Shown: positions 62,112 through 64,000 of the stretch, one piece after another
How the letters are laid out: every line of letters begins with the position of its first letter
How positions within the stretch are numbered: the stretch's first letter is position 1
Assembly: GCA_028820655.1 (NCBI GenBank)
Contig: JAPPIK010000021.1
Coordinates: forward strand, 30,113-94,112
DNA length: 64,000 nt
Direction: 5' to 3'
Origin: Candidatus Poribacteria bacterium
GTDB lineage: Bacteria; Poribacteria; WGA-4E; JAJDTR01
The notes under the pieces: generated by a model
What the model saw: only the letters and a program-made list of their open reading frames with translations
The model's database searches: none
What the model was told of the DNA's origin: nothing
Translations under genes and position numbers: made by a program

Positions 62112-62551
62112 TCAGATTCTGACGCAGTTTTCCCGGTGACAAGCGTGTAGGGGAACCAGTGGGTGGAGTATCCGAGAATCGATGTTCGCGGTGTGAGAAG
62201 ACTGTAGCAACAGCAGATTGGAAGTTTGGAAAAGTTAAATGCGATCCAAGAATCATCTGCTTCTCGCTGAGGGTGTGTTTATCCTGGCACCTTGACACAA
62301 ATTTTTGTGATTGAGGAGATGAAAGATAGGCTCGCTCCCGAGACACGATAATTGGTAGAAACCACATGGCGGACACACGAGAAGGAAACCACGAAGCGTG
62401 ATACCATTCGTTTGATTTAGTTGATTTGCCATAGCATGTGTTGGGCGCTGGCCGACAAGAACGTGATTATTCAAACTGCGCATCTATTTGCGCGCTTGGA
62501 TTCAAATGAAGTTAAAGTGTTTTAGTAAATCGTCAAATTCCGGAGGTATTC

Positions 62552-63397
62552 ATGGCAGGTAGAATGGATGGCAAGGTCGCCATTGTCACCGGCGGCAACA
62601 GCGGCATGGGTTTGGCAACAGTCGAGATGTTCGTGAAGGAAGGCGCCCGTGTCATGATTGCCGCCCGCGGTGAGGAGCGTGGACGAGAGTCGGCTGAACG
62701 TCTCGGCAAAAATGCCTCCTTCGTACGAACCGACGTGACCTCCGAAGACGACATAAAGGACATGATTGATGCCACGGTGGATCGATGGGGGCGCGTAGAT
62801 TGTCTTTTCAATAACGCAGCGGCCGGGTGCCCAGCCGCCAAAGTCGAGGACTTTGATACAGTGGACTTTCAGTCGCGGATCATGAATATTCTCGGATCGG
62901 TATTTCTTGGCATGAAGCACGTGGTTCCCGTAATGAAAAAGCGGGGCGGCGGAAGCATCATCAACAACGGCAGTACCGCCGGAGTCATCGTTGACGGTTG
63001 CGGCTCTGCGATTTATAGCGCCGCCAAAGCGGGCGTCATTCATGCGACCAAACTCTGGGCGCTTGAGTTGGCGGAGTTTGGCATTCGGGTTAACTGCATT
63101 TCTCCCGGCGCTATCGTGACCCCGATTATGGTCGGCGGATATCACCGTTACGAACCGGAGGAACTTGACCGCCTTTTAGGTCGCGTGGATTCGCACTTTG
63201 CTGAAGTGTTGCCCTTGAGACGAGGCGGAAAGCCGGAGGATATCGCGTATGCCGCGGTATACCTAGCCAGCGATGAAAGCCTGCACACGACGGGGCATAA
63301 TCTGGTGATTGAATCGGGCAATACGCTCGGCAGAAGCCAAGCCGAGCAGGACCTGCGCAGCGCTAGAAGGAAGAAGGCGGTCTTTGGCTCGGACTAA
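62552..63397 (+). CDS. short-chain dehydrogenase/reductase (SDR)
   Basis: TGGNSGMG cofactor motif and YSAAK catalytic motif. Confidence 0.9.
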   Translation: MAGRMDGKVAIVTGGNSGMGLATVEMFVKEGARVMIAARGEERGRESAERLGKNASFVRTDVTSEDDIKDMIDATVDRWGRVDCLFNNAAAGCPAAKVEDFDTVDFQSRIMNILGSVFLGMKHVVPVMKKRGGGSIINNGSTAGVIVDGCGSAIYSAAKAGVIHATKLWALELAEFGIRVNCISPGAIVTPIMVGGYHRYEPEELDRLLGRVDSHFAEVLPLRRGGKPEDIAYAAVYLASDESLHTTGHNLVIESGNTLGRSQAEQDLRSARRKKAVFGSD

Positions 63398-63511
63398 CGG
63401 ACACATCAAGGCTAGGTCTGCCGGCATTTCTTGTCGTTCAATTGCCAGTTTGTGAGTGTTGACAGCAGACATCGCAAGGCAGTTACTTTGCTACCTGCAT
63501 TGGAGAATTCA

Positions 63512-64000
63512 ATGAATTCATCGAATCCGAACATCATCTTGGTAAATTGTGACGACCTTGGATACGGCGATTTAGGTTGTTACGGATCCACTGTGAACCG
63601 TACACCGACGCTTGATCGCATGGCACGAGAAGGAGCAAGATTTACCGACTTTTACATGGCGTCGCCGGTGTGTTCGCCTTCCCGCGGCGCCATGATGACA
63701 GGGTGCTACCCCAAACGTATCGGTTTCGGGGACTTCGACGGGCTAGTCGTGCTGTTTCCCGGTCAGGGAATGGGGTTAAATGCGGATGAAATTACCATTG
63801 CGGAGATCCTCAAAGAGCAAGGGTACGCGACGATGCTGGTCGGAAAATGGCACTGCGGCGATCAGTCCGAATTCATGCCGACACGCCACGGATTTGATCA
63901 CTACTACGGTATACCGTATAGTAATGACATGGGGCGGCAATCGGGCCGCGAGAACCGATTTCCGCCATTACCGTTGCTATGCGGCGAAGAGGTAATCCAA
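63512..64000 (+). CDS. sulfatase (formylglycine-dependent arylsulfatase family), 3' end cut by the window edge
   Basis: ILVNCDDLGYGDLGCYGS and the C-x-P-S-R formylglycine motif (CSPSRGAMMTG). The ORF runs off the window end. Confidence 0.85.
   Translation, partial: MNSSNPNIILVNCDDLGYGDLGCYGSTVNRTPTLDRMAREGARFTDFYMASPVCSPSRGAMMTGCYPKRIGFGDFDGLVVLFPGQGMGLNADEITIAEILKEQGYATMLVGKWHCGDQSEFMPTRHGFDHYYGIPYSNDMGRQSGRENRFPPLPLLCGEEVIQ

Noticed and set aside
62522-63145. 207 aa ORF on the minus strand
   Set aside because: It is antisense to the SDR gene (clear TGxxxGxG and YxxxK motifs on the plus strand). It is a shadow ORF.
1-64000. Mobile elements or prophage
   Set aside because: No transposase, integrase, recombinase or phage structural genes were recognised. 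The tRNA is flanked by core genes (apt, secD).

Overview
This 64 kb window is chromosomal DNA at about 50% GC, probably from an uncultivated bacterium of the FCB-like lineages. Two proteins here carry a classical T9SS-type C-terminal sorting domain, which supports that placement. Most of the window is housekeeping, on both strands. Recognisable genes and operons include asd, a CbpA-like J-protein, an aspartate aminotransferase, apt, tRNA-Arg(CCU), secD-secF, a small histidine kinase with an NtrC-type sigma-54 response regulator, and two phytanoyl-CoA-dioxygenase-family genes. There are also M14 and M23 peptidases, a YkgJ-DUF2156-thiamine pyrophosphokinase operon, a stand-alone AddB-like PD-(D/E)xK/Fe-S nuclease, comF, gap-tpiA-membrane protein-secG, panB, a PfkB kinase, nadD-yacG-like-yqeK-rsfS, an SDR and a sulfatase. 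I found no transposase, integrase or CRISPR array. The most unusual content is a set of 11 unrelated signal-peptide proteins that all end in the same short C-terminal tail, roughly ...AVSPxSK(L/T)xT(T/I/V)WGx(I/L/V)K(Q/K) followed by 2-7 residues. They are a tandem pair of LamG/ConA-like proteins at 2.35-4.3 kb, two jelly-roll proteins at 43.7-45.7 kb, and seven tandem TolB-like PD40 beta-propeller paralogs at 48.5-57.2 kb. The tail is much shorter than a T9SS C-terminal domain and matches no sorting signal I know (LPXTG, PEP-CTERM, GlyGly-CTERM and so on). I read it as a candidate, previously unrecognised C-terminal sorting or secretion tag. Its substrate family is highly expanded and recently duplicated: three PD40 genes sit on exact 1032 bp tandem units. 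Inside the PD40 array are two small Cys-rich secreted-peptide genes that share a conserved leader at the DNA level; one is followed by a perfect 13 bp hairpin. The first array unit appears to be decaying: the PD40 gene has an in-frame TGA and the peptide gene has lost its start. The LamG pair lies just downstream of a sigma-54 activator gene, behind a good -24/-12 sigma-54 promoter with an upstream palindrome, and each LamG gene has a conserved structured 5' leader.
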